64,000 nt of DNA from Trichosphaerium sp. ATCC 40318. Taxonomy: Eukaryota; Protista; Tubulinea. Positions within the stretch are counted from its first letter, which is position 1. The number at the start of each line of letters is the position of its first letter. Below are positions 14,580-27,334 of this stretch, in pieces. The position numbers were made by a program, and so were the translations under genes. The stretch covers positions 503,816 to 567,815 of the forward strand of contig JALMLS010000578.1 of NCBI GenBank assembly GCA_038496445.1, read 5' to 3'. Under the pieces are notes generated by a model. The model was given only the letters and a program-made list of their open reading frames with translations. It did no database searches and was not told the origin of the DNA.

Positions 14580-16943
14580 TTACATGGTTGATACCAACTC
14601 ATGGACCATATCACTAGTCCTTGTCTCTCTTACCTTTGGTAAAAGTCTTTTGTACGTCGTACGACCCCTAAACAACGGTAAATTAAGCAAGCCACGCACT
14701 TCATGCATACCTTATTCGAAGCACTAATGCGACAATAGTCACACCAACAAACATTGCAACGCAGATAGAGAATCCAGCAATAAAGTTCAAGTATGTTATC
14801 CAACACTAAGCCAATGTAAGTAAAAGATATTGTATCGAATAACACGTGCCAATATTCCTCCTGCAACGCTCTACAAAAAAAAAACAAAATAAGTTTCAAC
14901 CCAAAAAAAAAGTTGTACTTACAACTACACATGTGCCTAATGTGTAAAGTTTTAGAGTTGTAGCAATCGGTAGATGATCGTATTGGCATATTAACCAAAA
15001 AAACGAGCCATTAACATGGGACCATCCAATGGCACCTAAACGGAGTATGTCAGACAAATAAAAAGACGCTGTGAGATTACCTGCGCCAATGGCTACAACC
15101 ACAAGAGCGCGCTCAAATTTACCGTCAAACCCAAGTGGTACCATGAGAGATTTCATCACAGATGCAGTCGTCACAATAGCAACAGTTCCAGAACCTGAAA
15201 ACGAAAATCAACGCTGTTTCGCATTGTAAATCATACCTTGTGCTAGGCGTATAGCAGCAGATATAATAATAGGTATCCAAATACCAAGGTTAGCTTTACT
15301 TAACGTATCACCAATGATACGACCAAGATCTGCTTCATCAAGGATCTTTCCAAATCCTCCACCAGCAGCGATGATCAAAGCAATATTTGCCGCCTCAGCG
15401 ATTCCCTTACCGACGACACCCTGCAATCAAGTAAGCCATGTTAATGCACATTTTTTGGGAAAGACATTTACCTTTGTAGATACTATATCTGGAGTAAGTG
15501 TAGGCATCTGAAAGATTGCAATGAATACGCCAAGAAGCAATGCAATATTAGGATCTCCAACAAAAGAAATTGCGAATTTTAAATCGCCGCTACCAAAAGG
15601 TTCCTCCGGTAAGTTTGCAACAGATTGTAAACCTGATTAAAAAAGTGTTAACACGTGCTTCGGGAAATAAAAAGAATTCACTTTTAATAAGTTACTACTT
15701 GCCTATTAAAATCATTGGAACTGCTATTGGTGCAAAACACATCAACAAGTTTGGTTGTTTCTCTGGATCATGTGCTTGAAGGTCAGCCTAAAAAAACATT
15801 TAAAATGGACTCTACAACTGAACGCTTTACCTCTTCAACTTCTCCATCCGCGCCCAGGCGAGGGTCAACTGGTGTTCTATCGGCATAGAGCATTGCAAAC
15901 GTCCAACCAACGCTTGTTGTACCAAGAGCTATAACGAAACCAATGCCAATCACGTACGCAAGGTCAGCCTGTCAATGATAGTTAAGTGCCTTTAACAAAG
16001 CTTCTAAACTTACTTCCAGTATACCTGCAGCAGCTACTGGTCCAGGAGTTGGAGGAACAAGGCTGTGTGAAGAAAGCACACCAAGGCTCATTGCAATCAA
16101 AGGACCACTTAAATTAATACCTTTCGATTAAAACATCAATTTCTGCAGTTTTGACTCAGGGTTTCGCAAGAAACGTACCAGCTTCAACGCACAGAGTTCT
16201 GTTGAGTGGTGAAAGTAATACGAAAGAAGAATGAGCGAATACTAACAAGAGTGTTAGTGTACAAAGGTCACTACATATTTTTTTGAACCAACTCAACGTA
16301 CCTGGAATCGAGACAATAAACCCAATGACGTTCGTGGCATACGCCACGTTTTTTCTACCAACAACCCATAATAAACTTCGCGCCATCTTGTGAGCAGCAC
16401 CTGATTCTGATATGAATTTACCTAAAGAACCCATTAAAAAAAAAAGGAACAGTTACCATGTTATCACTTTAAATTGTCACGTGACGCGTAAAGCTTACCT
16501 ATTATTGTACCATATACTATTATCAGACCCACACTACCCATTATATCACCAAATCCTTTATTAACATGATCAATAACTTCCACAACGTTAAACCCTGATA
16601 GACATCCATACAGCAACGAGGCTAAACGTGTGAGAACAAAGTTTAAAAAAAAACTACTACAGTTTATGTCAAATGACTTTTCGGTTCTCCTTTTTTTCAC
16701 GTGATATCTGAGCACGTTGTAGGCATTCTTTTGCGCTTTCAAAAACTTTTTTTTTATGTAACTTTGCACTTTTCTTCACGTGTTGTATGAAATGGCTGAA
16801 ATACGAGCTAAACAATACATACCAATTATCAGCGTCAAGAATGGATGTAAGTGTAATAAAGCAGCCCATAAAACTATCAGAACTATAACTAGACCAAGTA
16901 AGATCACTTTCCATAAGTCCAATGAGGTGTTAACGTCTTCCAT
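14580..16943 (-). CDS. gntP: GntP-family gluconate/sugar-acid:H+ symporter
   Basis: Spliced motifs LHPFLTL, GTIIGKFISESGAAHKMA, HSLVPPTPGPVAAA, AAGGGFGKIL, RLAQGSGTVAIVTTAS, WSHVNGSFFW. One extra C-terminal TM segment. Confidence 0.88.
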
Positions 16944-17134
16944 AGCAGGAAGATTCGAAAGAATTGTTTGTAGTGTCAAAAACGGTGACTTAACGTTTCA
17001 TCGTTCTTAGGGCTCTTACACGCATGCTTTACATATCTAGGTGGCGACATCTTTCTCAGAAACACTACTTGCATAGATATCTCTTTGTGAAACATTAAGT
17101 CACCCTACACGTGACATGCAAAAACTTTTCAGAA

Positions 17135-20100
17135 ATGTACAAAGTAACTTCTGCGCTAGTTTTGTTTTGTTTGCTTTGCGTCACTCATTGTACGTTTTTC
17201 ATATTGCGTTAACGGTTTTAAACGTACTGCAGGTGTAAATCCAAAGTATAAGGATGCTTCTTTGCCTGTAAGTGTACGCGTTAGCGACTTGATGAAGCGA
17301 ATGACTGTAGAAGAAAAGGTACGCTGCTATTCCCTTTTCGTTTTTTCTGACTCAAGCGCAGATAAACCAAATTATTGTTGTTGTGCGAGAAACATCTAGC
17401 TATGTGATAGCTAAATACGGTCAAACAGGTCTGCAATTTTAAAAAAAAGAACACGCCTTTTGCTGACACGTGATAAGGCTTGGGATATCATAAAACTTAC
17501 TTTGATGAAAATACAGTTAATGACGCACGTGCCATACTTGGTATGTTCAAAATTCTTACGATGTACCCTTATTATGTGCTCACTAGTACGTAGAAACGCG
17601 TAATAACGTTCAAAAAGCTTTTATGAATAAGGTAAGTTCTACGAAGCATTTTCTGAATAGATGTCAGAAAAGACTCATTATCTTTGAGACTCGCCTTGGT
17701 ATTCCTGTCTGCTTCTATAACGAGATCCTTCACAGTGGTGGCGTGGGATATGGTACAATATTTCCAATGCCTGTTGGTATGGCGCCGGGCTATCTTCTTT
17801 AAGTTTACTATTGGAGTTTAAGTCTTGGGGCTACTTGGAATACTTCTCTTGTGCATTCAGTATATGATGTTATAGCGACAGAAGCAAGTATCTCTGGCAA
17901 CAATTTGGGGCTTGGCCCAGTTTTGAATCTCTTCACAGGAACGTTTTATTCCAAACACAAGAAACCTAAAACCTTGCAGATCCTCGTTTTGGTAGAATAG
18001 AGGAAGGTTTTACTGAAGGTACAAGTAACCTCGTTTAAGGGATATAATGTTCCTCTAGATCCTGTACTACTATCTGCATATGCATCTGAGGCTGCTCTAG
18101 GGCTTCAAGGAGGAAAAGGCAACCCACAGTGAGTACATGAAAGGCAGTGAACACTATCTTACTTCTTTGTACAGCGACTATGTACCAGAAGGGTATATTG
18201 TATCTCTAGCTAAACATTTTGCAGCTTATGGCCAAACTTCAGTACTTAAACGCACAATTATAGAGTGATATTAAAGCACCAATAGGGAGGTCTGAACGGA
18301 AGTCCAGCGGACCTATCTTTGCAAAAACTACATCAACTTTACATTGATCCATGGAAGCCTTACTTAAACTCAGGTGGTCGAGGTGTAATGTACTTGTTAC
18401 TTACCACTTATTCGCCTTATTTACCGTATAATAGGGTTGCACATAACTCTATCAATGGAGTACCTTGCCATTCTAATCCAATGTTACTCAAGTCAATTTT
18501 GCGTTCCTCTTTGAACTTCACAGTACGTTTTCTCTTTTCTTTTCTGGCCAAGTTCAAGATCCTTGTACCAACATATCTAGGGTATGACTATGAGTGATGA
18601 AGGAGATGTACCAAATCTTCAGAATCAGCATGTTGCAAGTTCATTGGAAGATGCAGCTGTTCTGGCCATCAAAAGTGGCGTTAATATTGATTTGGGTGGA
18701 AATGCTTTTCCTACCTTAGCGTTAGTATTCCACGTGCTTTTTCACAATTGACACGTGTTAGGCAAGCAATTAAAGAAGGTAAACTAGATACTGAAACACT
18801 GGATAAAGCGGTAGAGTATTCGCTAACTCAAAAGGTGCAATACAAAGTTGCTTTAAAAAATAGCAGTATAAATACGTTTAATCAACGCCTAGTTCGCCTC
18901 TGGAGTTTTTGATAACCCTTACGCTGATGCTTCTAAACTGGATACACTCGATAATACAAAGCATAGGCAACTAGCATTCGAAGCAGCCATACAAGTGCGC
19001 AAACAAACATACTTCAACCTATGCTTAATTTTTATACAGTCGCTTGTGCTTCTGAAGAACGAAGACACTCTTCCACTTAAAATATCATCTCTTAAATCCA
19101 TAGCATTGATAGGACCAAATGCCGGGTGTAGTGTAGGATTACTAGTTCACTGAAATATAAACAACAAAAAAACACTTTTTGACATTTTTTATTAGACGAG
19201 TCTTCCAAAGAATACTGGTTGCTATATTCCAGATAAATCTTATTGTGATGCACAAGAAAACCAATTAGGAAGCTACAGTAACTGTGGGAGTCCAGTTATA
19301 ACAATCAGAAAGGGTCTTGAATCACTCCCAAGTACTTTTTTTCAACGTCTTTTTGTTTTCATTTTTCTTGTTAAGCATTGACCTAGATGGACCAAAAATT
19401 GCTTTCTCAATTGGCGCTGATATATACAAGAACGATAAATCGTAAGTGTCAAAATAGTCGATGAAACGGCTGTTTGCTTTCGTTTTGTTTCTCCTGTTAA
19501 TTGAACTTTTCAATTTGCACCTTTGAGATTCTGCTTAAAGTACGATGATTTAACTCCTTTGTAGGCTTTTTTCCGAAGCTTTATCAATTGCCAAAGAGTC
19601 TGATTTATCTATTCTTGTTCTTGGTGATGCTAGAGATACCTGTGCTGAAGAAAGAGACAGGTTTAGAGTTCTCTATGTAACATACGTTTACTAATTTGAC
19701 CGTGTTTAGACAAAGCCTAGACCTTTCTGGGAGCCAGCTGGGTCTTCTACAAACAATAGCAGCTTCTAATAAGCTCCAAAATAAAAAGACAGTATTGGTC
19801 CTTATACATGGGAGGTAAGCAGCGATATTTGTTGCTTTTTTCACAAAAACGTTTGTCACGTGACTAATGAATACTTTAAAGACCTGTTACTTTTGGTGAA
19901 CACAACCCTTTACTTGAGAATGTATCAGCCATAATCTCAGCATGGAGACCAGGAGAAGAAGGGTACGAAATAGTAGTTTCTTTTTATCGTAGCCCTCAAC
20001 CATTGACGATTCATTAGCGGAAGTGCAGTTGCTTCAATTCTGTCAGGGGCAAGTAATCCAAGCGGAAGGCTTGCACAATCTTGGCCACGATTTGTTGGAC

Positions 20101-20838
20101 AGGTAGGTCCTAATAAAGCACCTGCAATGTAATTGCCATTACTGTGTTTAATTTTTGCATAGATTGGCGGACCAAGGCACTAAGCTATTACTAAATTACA
20201 ATCATTTTCTGTTTATTGGCATGTACTAATAACTTAAAATAGTAGCCCTTGGTACAGCAAATACACTCATTCTGCATCACAAGAGAATTATGTATTTGAA
20301 GAATCAACACCTCTGTTCCCGTTTGGTTATGGACTATCATATACATCTTTTAAATACGTAAGCATGAAGGTCACGTCACCATCCATATCATCTGGACAAG
20401 GTACAAACGAATAAGCAAAAGTTACGAATGATTGATTCTGTTTTCGGGTTTTTACAAGAAAAAGTTTTTCAGTTTAACAAGATGTAGATGTTACAGTTCA
20501 AGTTCAAGTTAAGAATACTGGCCAAATGGATGGTACAGAAGTTGTACAAGTGTATCTCAAGTTTCCTATTTCTCGTTATGTTCACTACAGAAAGGTAATT
20601 GAAAATGAAGAAGGAAAAAATAATTCCGTAACCTCTTTTTTCTTAGTGGCTTGGAGGCTTCGAAAAGGTTCATATTCCATCAGGAGATACAGTAATAGTA
20701 GACATCAAAATACCAGCATCCGTTATGAGTTATTATGATGCAAATATGAACACTGTGATAGACCTTGGTACTTATACACTGGTAAGTGGATCAAGCAGTG
20801 TAGATGAAGCAGTTACTGGCACTTTTACTATCAAATAA
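17135..20838 (+). CDS. secreted glycoside hydrolase family 3 (beta-glucosidase/xylosidase, BglX-like)
   Basis: Signal peptide, then RVSDLMKRMTVEEK, RLGIP, DPRFGRIEEGFTED, KHF, the nucleophile motif MSDEG, LVLLKN, AWRPGEEGG, NPSGRL, PLFPFGYGLSYT and an Fn3-like EVVQVY segment. About 20 introns. Confidence 0.93.
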
Positions 20839-21217
20839 ACAAAACCATTTCTCCAGCAGTCTGTTTTGGTGTAGTAATCTGCACATCCACGTGAATTAAT
20901 AAGATATCAACAAAGTTAACTATGAAACCTTGTTAGCTGAGTCATGTTTGTATAACAAATGAGTAATAACTTGTTGAAGGCGTGCACAATATCAAGCACA
21001 GCAAAACAGAAAAAAAATAGAACACAACATGTTTCTTTATCCAAGTGTTTCTTGTATAATAGATAATGCCTTGGGGCTAGCGCAAAATAATTTGGCGTGC
21101 TTCCAGCATTGTTTAAAGTTGAGTTTCCTTGGTTGTTGATAGCAGAGTAGACTAAGTGTAGCAACTCTAACTTAATCACAATCACTATTATTATACACAA
21201 TAACTAACTAACAAATC

Positions 21218-22444
21218 ATGGACTTCTCAGGTGTTTTATTAGAACAAGCGCTATCATATTATCGGAAAAACCATCAAAAAACGTTAAACGCATTGATGGT
21301 AAACCAAAATAACGCAAAGTTCTTGAACGATCTAAAAAGCATTGTAAATACCACCAATATAGCCTTCATAAATCAAATCGATCAACTCATTTCAAAACAA
21401 ACTGTCATTACAAATAAACAGGGCTCAACACGTGCAAACTCTATTAACAAAAATATTGGTGCTAATATTTCAACAAACTTACTCAGTAAAACAACAGAAA
21501 AGACTCCAAGTGACCAAAATACAATCGCGGATTTTCCTCCAGAGGTTATTTCAAATATTCTACAGTATACAGATGCTCAAGGAAGATTTTCAGCAGCTCA
21601 ATCATGCCGTTTGATGGCTGATATCATTCACGACATTGTTGGATATAAAATGGTAAATCTCAAATCCGCTAATGATTTTGTAACGCTTAGAAAGTATAAA
21701 GGCGTGATGAAAAATAGTAAATTTTCGAAGTACTCACTCCTCATTGGCTTCCGTAATATCAAAGCCAATAATAGTTGTATTGATGATTATGATCTGAAAC
21801 AACTTGTAGATGTTCATTCCATAAATCTGTCAAGATGTACACATATGACAGATGAAGGCATAATATCGCTTGCTGGTGTTCATTCTATTGATCTACGGCA
21901 TACTTTAATAACAGACAAAGGTATTAAAGCACTCAAAGGTGTTCACACCATATACCTTGATGGTTGCGAACATGTGACAGATGAAGGCATAAAATCGCTT
22001 GCTGGTGTTCATACCATCTACCTTGCTAGTTGCATTCAGTTGACAGATGCATCTATCAAAGAACTAGCAGGTGTTCATACTATCGAGCTTTGTAAGACTA
22101 GAGTTACTTGTGAAGGAATCAAAGCGCTTAAAGGAGTTCACACTATAGGGCTTTGTGGTTGTAAGCAAGTGACAGATGAAGCCATTGAATGTCTTGCTGG
22201 TGTTCATTCTATTGATCTAGGACATACTTTAGTAACAGACAAAGGTATTCAAGCACTCAAAGGTGCTCATACAATCCATGTTCGACATTGTGAGCAAGTA
22301 ACAGATGGGAGCCTCAATTTTCTGACAAGTGTTCATACCCTCTACCTCTATGGTACTTCAATTACAGATGAAGGTGTTAAAAGACTACGAGAATGCTCAA
22401 CAATGAATGGTTATGCACTTCTACACTCCTTTGAGTCAGGATGA
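21218..22444 (+). CDS. intronless F-box / leucine-rich repeat protein (GVHTI-type LRRs)
   Basis: F-box IADFPPEVISNILQY..AAQSCRLM followed by about 9 ITDEGIKxLxGVHTIxL repeats. Confidence 0.88.
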   Translation: MDFSGVLLEQALSYYRKNHQKTLNALMVNQNNAKFLNDLKSIVNTTNIAFINQIDQLISKQTVITNKQGSTRANSINKNIGANISTNLLSKTTEKTPSDQNTIADFPPEVISNILQYTDAQGRFSAAQSCRLMADIIHDIVGYKMVNLKSANDFVTLRKYKGVMKNSKFSKYSLLIGFRNIKANNSCIDDYDLKQLVDVHSINLSRCTHMTDEGIISLAGVHSIDLRHTLITDKGIKALKGVHTIYLDGCEHVTDEGIKSLAGVHTIYLASCIQLTDASIKELAGVHTIELCKTRVTCEGIKALKGVHTIGLCGCKQVTDEAIECLAGVHSIDLGHTLVTDKGIQALKGAHTIHVRHCEQVTDGSLNFLTSVHTLYLYGTSITDEGVKRLRECSTMNGYALLHSFESG

Positions 22445-22546
22445 TATAACAAGACGAAAATGTAGAAGTAATAAGTTCATAAGTTTTATATTGCAATTGG
22501 TTTACTTCTCATAGTCACAAGGTAGAAACAGGAATACGATTGCTTG

Positions 22547-23473
22547 TCAGTATTGAGTTTTTGGTCTATTTTCTCTCCATTCCTTGAAGATCTCATCAGT
22601 TGCGGCTCTAGGTTAAAAGAAAATCATTTAAGAAATAACTCTATCAACAACAAAACAAATAAATAAAAGAAAAGACTTACCTCGCCGTTTGTAAGTTTGG
22701 TAGTGTCTTACAAATGGAGCCATCAACATCAAAATCATCTGTGAAACGCGCTAAGGCGATATCAGCAAGTGAAAGCTTGTCACCAAGCAGATAAGGTCCC
22801 TTTAGCAAAAAAGTCAGAAAAATGATCAGTGAACAAAAACCAAGTTCAACGAAACCTTGTTCTTTGCAAAGTAAGGTTCCAAACGCTTTATCTTTTCTGG
22901 CACTATTTCTTCTTTTAGCTTTTTCATCTCTTTTTCACGTGACTCTTCAGGTATCTTAAAACGAATGATGTAAGACTCTTCAAAAATCTCAGCAAAACAC
23001 TCATCTACAAAACAATTATAAGTTTACTTGTACTCAAAGTGACAAGCGTCAATGCCCTCAAGACGCACCCATGATATCAATGAGAAACATATCTGCTTCG
23101 TTAGAACCATACAAGTTGAATTTACGAGCCAGGTGGCGAACAATTGCGCTTGTTTGTCCATATTTTGTCGCTGTGTAAAAAATGTTAAACAACAATAGTT
23201 TTAAGGCTTGAAAAAAAGGCCCAGTACGTACTTGTACCGTTTTCTGTTACCTCCAATATTGGTACCTGTCCAAACGGCGTTGTTGGCTTTATGTCAGCCC
23301 ACTTCGTAGCAAAATCAAAGCGGTTGTCTTCGTAGTCTTCACAAGATGTAAATTACAACATTTTTACGCGTATTAACACTATTAACAGCACCTTGCTTGG
23401 CAGCGATGAATAAATACCGTATAATTTCGCCTCTACCGCGAGTATTAAAGTATGTAAGCTTGTAAGTTGTCAT
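22547..23473 (-). CDS. glutathione S-transferase (sigma-like), copy 1
   Basis: YKLTYFNTRGRGEIIRY, TPFGQVPILE, QTSAIVRHLARKFNLYG, YLLGDKLSLADI. Spliced. Confidence 0.92.
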
Positions 23474-23756
23474 TGTCACCTAGTTTTCTGAAAATAAAGA
23501 GAAACATTAAGTCACCAAAGATCACGTGTGAAAATCACGTCAGGAAAGATAGTTTAAGACAGAATTCGTCGTGTAGCTATACAATACCGAATAAAGTAGG
23601 GGACAGGAGAGCATTATTTAAAAAAAAGGTGATTATGAGTAGCACTGCCTCTAGTTCAACAACAAATATACAAATGCATCTCATTCAAGCTTAAATGACA
23701 AAACAAAAGCGATGAAGCCACCAACTCCTTTATTTTAAGCTGTACATAGTTGTTTT

Positions 23757-24626
23757 CTATCTTTCTGTCTTTGGTCTAGATTCTCTCCACGCCTTAAAGA
23801 TCACATCCGTCGCAGTTCTATAAAGGCAATTTGTAAATGGTTTTCCAAACAAAAATGATTTCTTACCTTGATTTATGCATGTTTGGTAGTGTTTTGCAAA
23901 TAGCACCATCAACATCAAAGTGGTCAGTGTAACGTGCAAGTAAGATATCGGCAAGTGTAAGCTTTTCACCTAGAAAGTAGGTACCCTAGCGGTTGCAAGG
24001 TAAACAGAATAATACAGAGAGTACACTACTTACTTCATTCTTTGCAAAGTATGTTTCGACGATTTTGAACTTTGCTGGTAGAGTCTCTTCGTAAAGTGTC
24101 TTCAGTTTAGCTGGACACTCTTCTTTTGGAAGGGCATAACGAATAATCATTGACTCTCCATACAAGTCCGCAAAGAGTTCATCTACACAAAAATATTTAA
24201 TTCCAAAACTCTTTGATGTTTTTAACTTACACATCATGTCTATAAGAATATCATCTTCTGGTGTTGACCCATAAAAATCATACTGCTTACAAAGGTACCG
24301 TACAATAGCTGTAGTTTGAGCGATTTTGGTTGCTATGGAGTAAGTTTTAATAGCCGAAATACAATCAAAAAAAAACTCTTACTTTTTCCATTAGTAGTTA
24401 TCTCCAACATTGGCAGTTGTCCGAAAGGCGTAGTTGGCTTGATAGCAGGCCATTCAGACATATCGAAGCGAATATCATCGAAGTCTATATGGTAAGTGAG
24501 AAGCTCAATAAATCAACGCTCTCGTAGACAATAATAATTGGTACCTTGTTTAGCTGCACTTAGGATGTAGCGTATTATTTCACCTCTGCCACGTATATTG
24601 AAATAAGAGAGCTTGTATGTTGTCAT
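23757..24626 (-). CDS. glutathione S-transferase (sigma-like), tandem copy 2
   Basis: YKLSYFNIRGRGEIIRY, TPFGQLPMLE, YFLGEKLTLADI. Intron positions match copy 1. Confidence 0.92.
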
Positions 24627-25035
24627 CGTAGTTGATTTGAGTAATTGTGTCAGAAAAGAGACGACTGTTTCTAACACGTGACTTAACGGGCAAAATGGCA
24701 GATAAAGCCAGTATTAGATAGGTATTAGGTCCATGAATAATTTTTTGATTTTATTTGTTTCTCAATCAGCTAAGTTAAGTTTGGGCCGGTGTTTTTTTTG
24801 ACCCGCCGTTCGGCTATTTATTTTTTACTGATTTGGTCTATTAAGTCATCAAGAAGACTCATCTATTTTAATTTACCTGTGTCTCTTACAAAAAAAGAAG
24901 TGAAAGGTACGTATAAACCGTAAAAGGGAAAATGTGGATGTTTGGAAATCCGGAAGAAATACGGAAGTATTATGGAAGTGGTTTTCTCAGCACAAAGCAA
25001 CAGATTAAAACAAATTTATTCTTATATTTTACACT

Positions 25036-26370
25036 TCATTCAAATTCTTCACTAACGTTTCTTTTTCTCTTCCCGTGAGACTGTTCCGGAAAACCACCTG
25101 AATTACATATTAATAAATTAGGAAAATGAATTGGGTGATATTGGTGTTATGGGCTCAACAATACGTTTAAATAAACCTCAATATTTTATCGTGTCAAGTT
25201 TTTTTTTTCACTTCAAAGAAAGATAGCAAGTTTCCCACAGAGTTTAAAAAACATACCTGTTATATGTGACAATAGATAGTCAATGAATTCTTGTGGATAT
25301 TTATCTCTGAATACACGAATAGGTATGAACCCTGTAGCACCACTTGGTCTAACATTGCAATGAGTTCTGTATTGTACTATCAATTAAAAAACAAATTACA
25401 TACTGCTGCACCAATACGTTTGCTATGTTTTCATCTAATCCAAGTATAGAATCTTTAACATCAAAATCGCGATCTTCAAACTCCAACTCTACAGAATACC
25501 ATAAGCAATAAACCCAACAAACAATACAAAGCCAAACATATGGCTGTTTCTTTTTTTAAGCAACGAACCTTTAAACTCCTCAACAAAGCTTTCCTTGGTT
25601 GTTTTGCGCCTCTGCAAGATGTCAAGTAAGCATAAGAGATGTATTAACACTTAGGTACCTTTGCTCTGAAAACAAATACAGGTTCATGCCTAGAAAACCG
25701 TTAAACAACAGCAGCGAAGAAAACAAAAAAAGAAAAAAAAAAGGTACGTTGTCTCTGTAGGATCAGCACGTGAAGAATGGCTACTGTCTTCTTCATCATC
25801 ACTACTATCAGGTATACTCTGTTCACTATCGCTTATCTCCTCGTATTTATTCTTTGTATTGATGCTTTTTGTTGAAGACGAGCTCGAAAGACTTGTAGAA
25901 GAAGGAGATTGCATTCCAGGTACAAATTCACGTGATTTTTCTTCGCCATCAATACTGATGTACTCTACAAAACAAGGAATTGGTTTTTAACACGCAAACA
26001 AGCGTAATGATAAGGTTTTACCTAAGATACGTTCACCGTTTGCATCGAACTCAAAATCGTTGTCTTCTTCATCGCTGTCACTGTAATTGACTAAGCGGTA
26101 CCCTAGGAAGTGTGTTAAGGTAATAGGACCTCTTTTACTGTTGTATTCAGTCGTTGGTTTCATAGAGGTTTTATTTGTGCGTTTAATAGTATTTCAACGC
26201 TGTTTTGGCTGTTTCTGGAGCTTTTGTAGGTATTTTACTAGTAAAAGGGCTGAAAGTGCGTGCGCAGCGCAAATTATTAATTTTATGGCGTTGATACGGT
26301 TGTCAACGGATACTTCGAGTTCACAAACAATAAAAAACCGCGTTTTGAGTGACATACCTTGTTCAGTCAT
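25036..26370 (-). CDS. hypothetical acidic/Ser-rich nuclear protein, possible C-terminal chromo-shadow-like segment
   Basis: Spliced gene with S/D/E-rich tracts, a late exon ATGFIPIRVFRDKYPQEFIDYLLSHI and an NLS-like KRKR. Confidence 0.55.
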
Positions 26371-26673
26371 TTTTACTTCACATCAAGGTATTGATGTATT
26401 GATTTGAGATAAAACGGTGTCAGCGAAAATGTCAAAAACTGGTTAAGTTTGACACTGCATTCTGTTAAGTTCGCTTTTTGACGCTAGTTCGGGAGATGCT
26501 TCCTATCCGCTGATTTAAGTAGAGTTGACACTACGAGCAAGAGTTAGTTGTACTTTAGGTAGATACCAGTTCGCAATCTGGTTATAAGGAGTTGACAGCT
26601 TTCGATCTTATTGATTGAAATGAATGAAAAATGAGGACCGATTAAGTCTTAATCTTCTTATCGATACACAACA

Positions 26674-27030
26674 ATGGCATCAAACGGCGAATGCATTCAT
26701 GATGCAGAATACGTAAAATACTTGGAACTAATTGAAAAAACCAAACGCCTAACAAGACAGCTCGATGCTCTGAGACGAGAAAATAACAGAATTAAAAAGC
26801 AAGAAGCTGTGAAAAAACGAAACGAGATTGATCCTACAGTGATAATGGTTGCGAATCGAAATTTAAGAATTGTACTCAGTGCATTTGAAAAGGCAGGAGA
26901 CGAAAAATGTGAAAAGTTCTTTCAAGCAGCAGCAAGTGCGCTTACAAGAGAGGAACGAATTAGCCTAAAGAAGACTTTTATCAGTAATGATAGATTAGTA
27001 GAACTAGAGAAAGAGTATACCTCCAAGTGA
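26674..27030 (+). CDS. small intronless coiled-coil hypothetical protein
   Basis: 118-aa ORF with a charged, heptad-like stretch and an A-rich ATG context. Confidence 0.6.
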   Translation: MASNGECIHDAEYVKYLELIEKTKRLTRQLDALRRENNRIKKQEAVKKRNEIDPTVIMVANRNLRIVLSAFEKAGDEKCEKFFQAAASALTREERISLKKTFISNDRLVELEKEYTSK

Positions 27031-27334
27031 GAGTTATGTAGCACTTGTAAATTGAAGAAGTACTTCCCATTGAGCAAGTTAATAAACATTTTGTTTATCA
27101 ATCATTTCTTTGTTTCGTTTGAACTGTTGTCCTGAATTTACCTTCACGCCCACCCTCATATTATGAGGGTTGAGTTTTGTGTAAATTCATATACGCTGGT
27201 ACACATCGAGAACGGAAAGAGGGTAGTAGAATTGCTTTTTATTTTATTTGTTTTCTTTAACTTTTGTGACATTGGTTTCTTCCTGACCTGCTTTTTTTTA
27301 ATCTTTCTTACGATGTTATTCCTTCGTTGTGTTT

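Noticed and set aside
17777-17822. GT-AA non-canonical acceptor in GH3
   Set aside because: More simply a missing G in AAG|GT, given other evidence of single-base indel errors.
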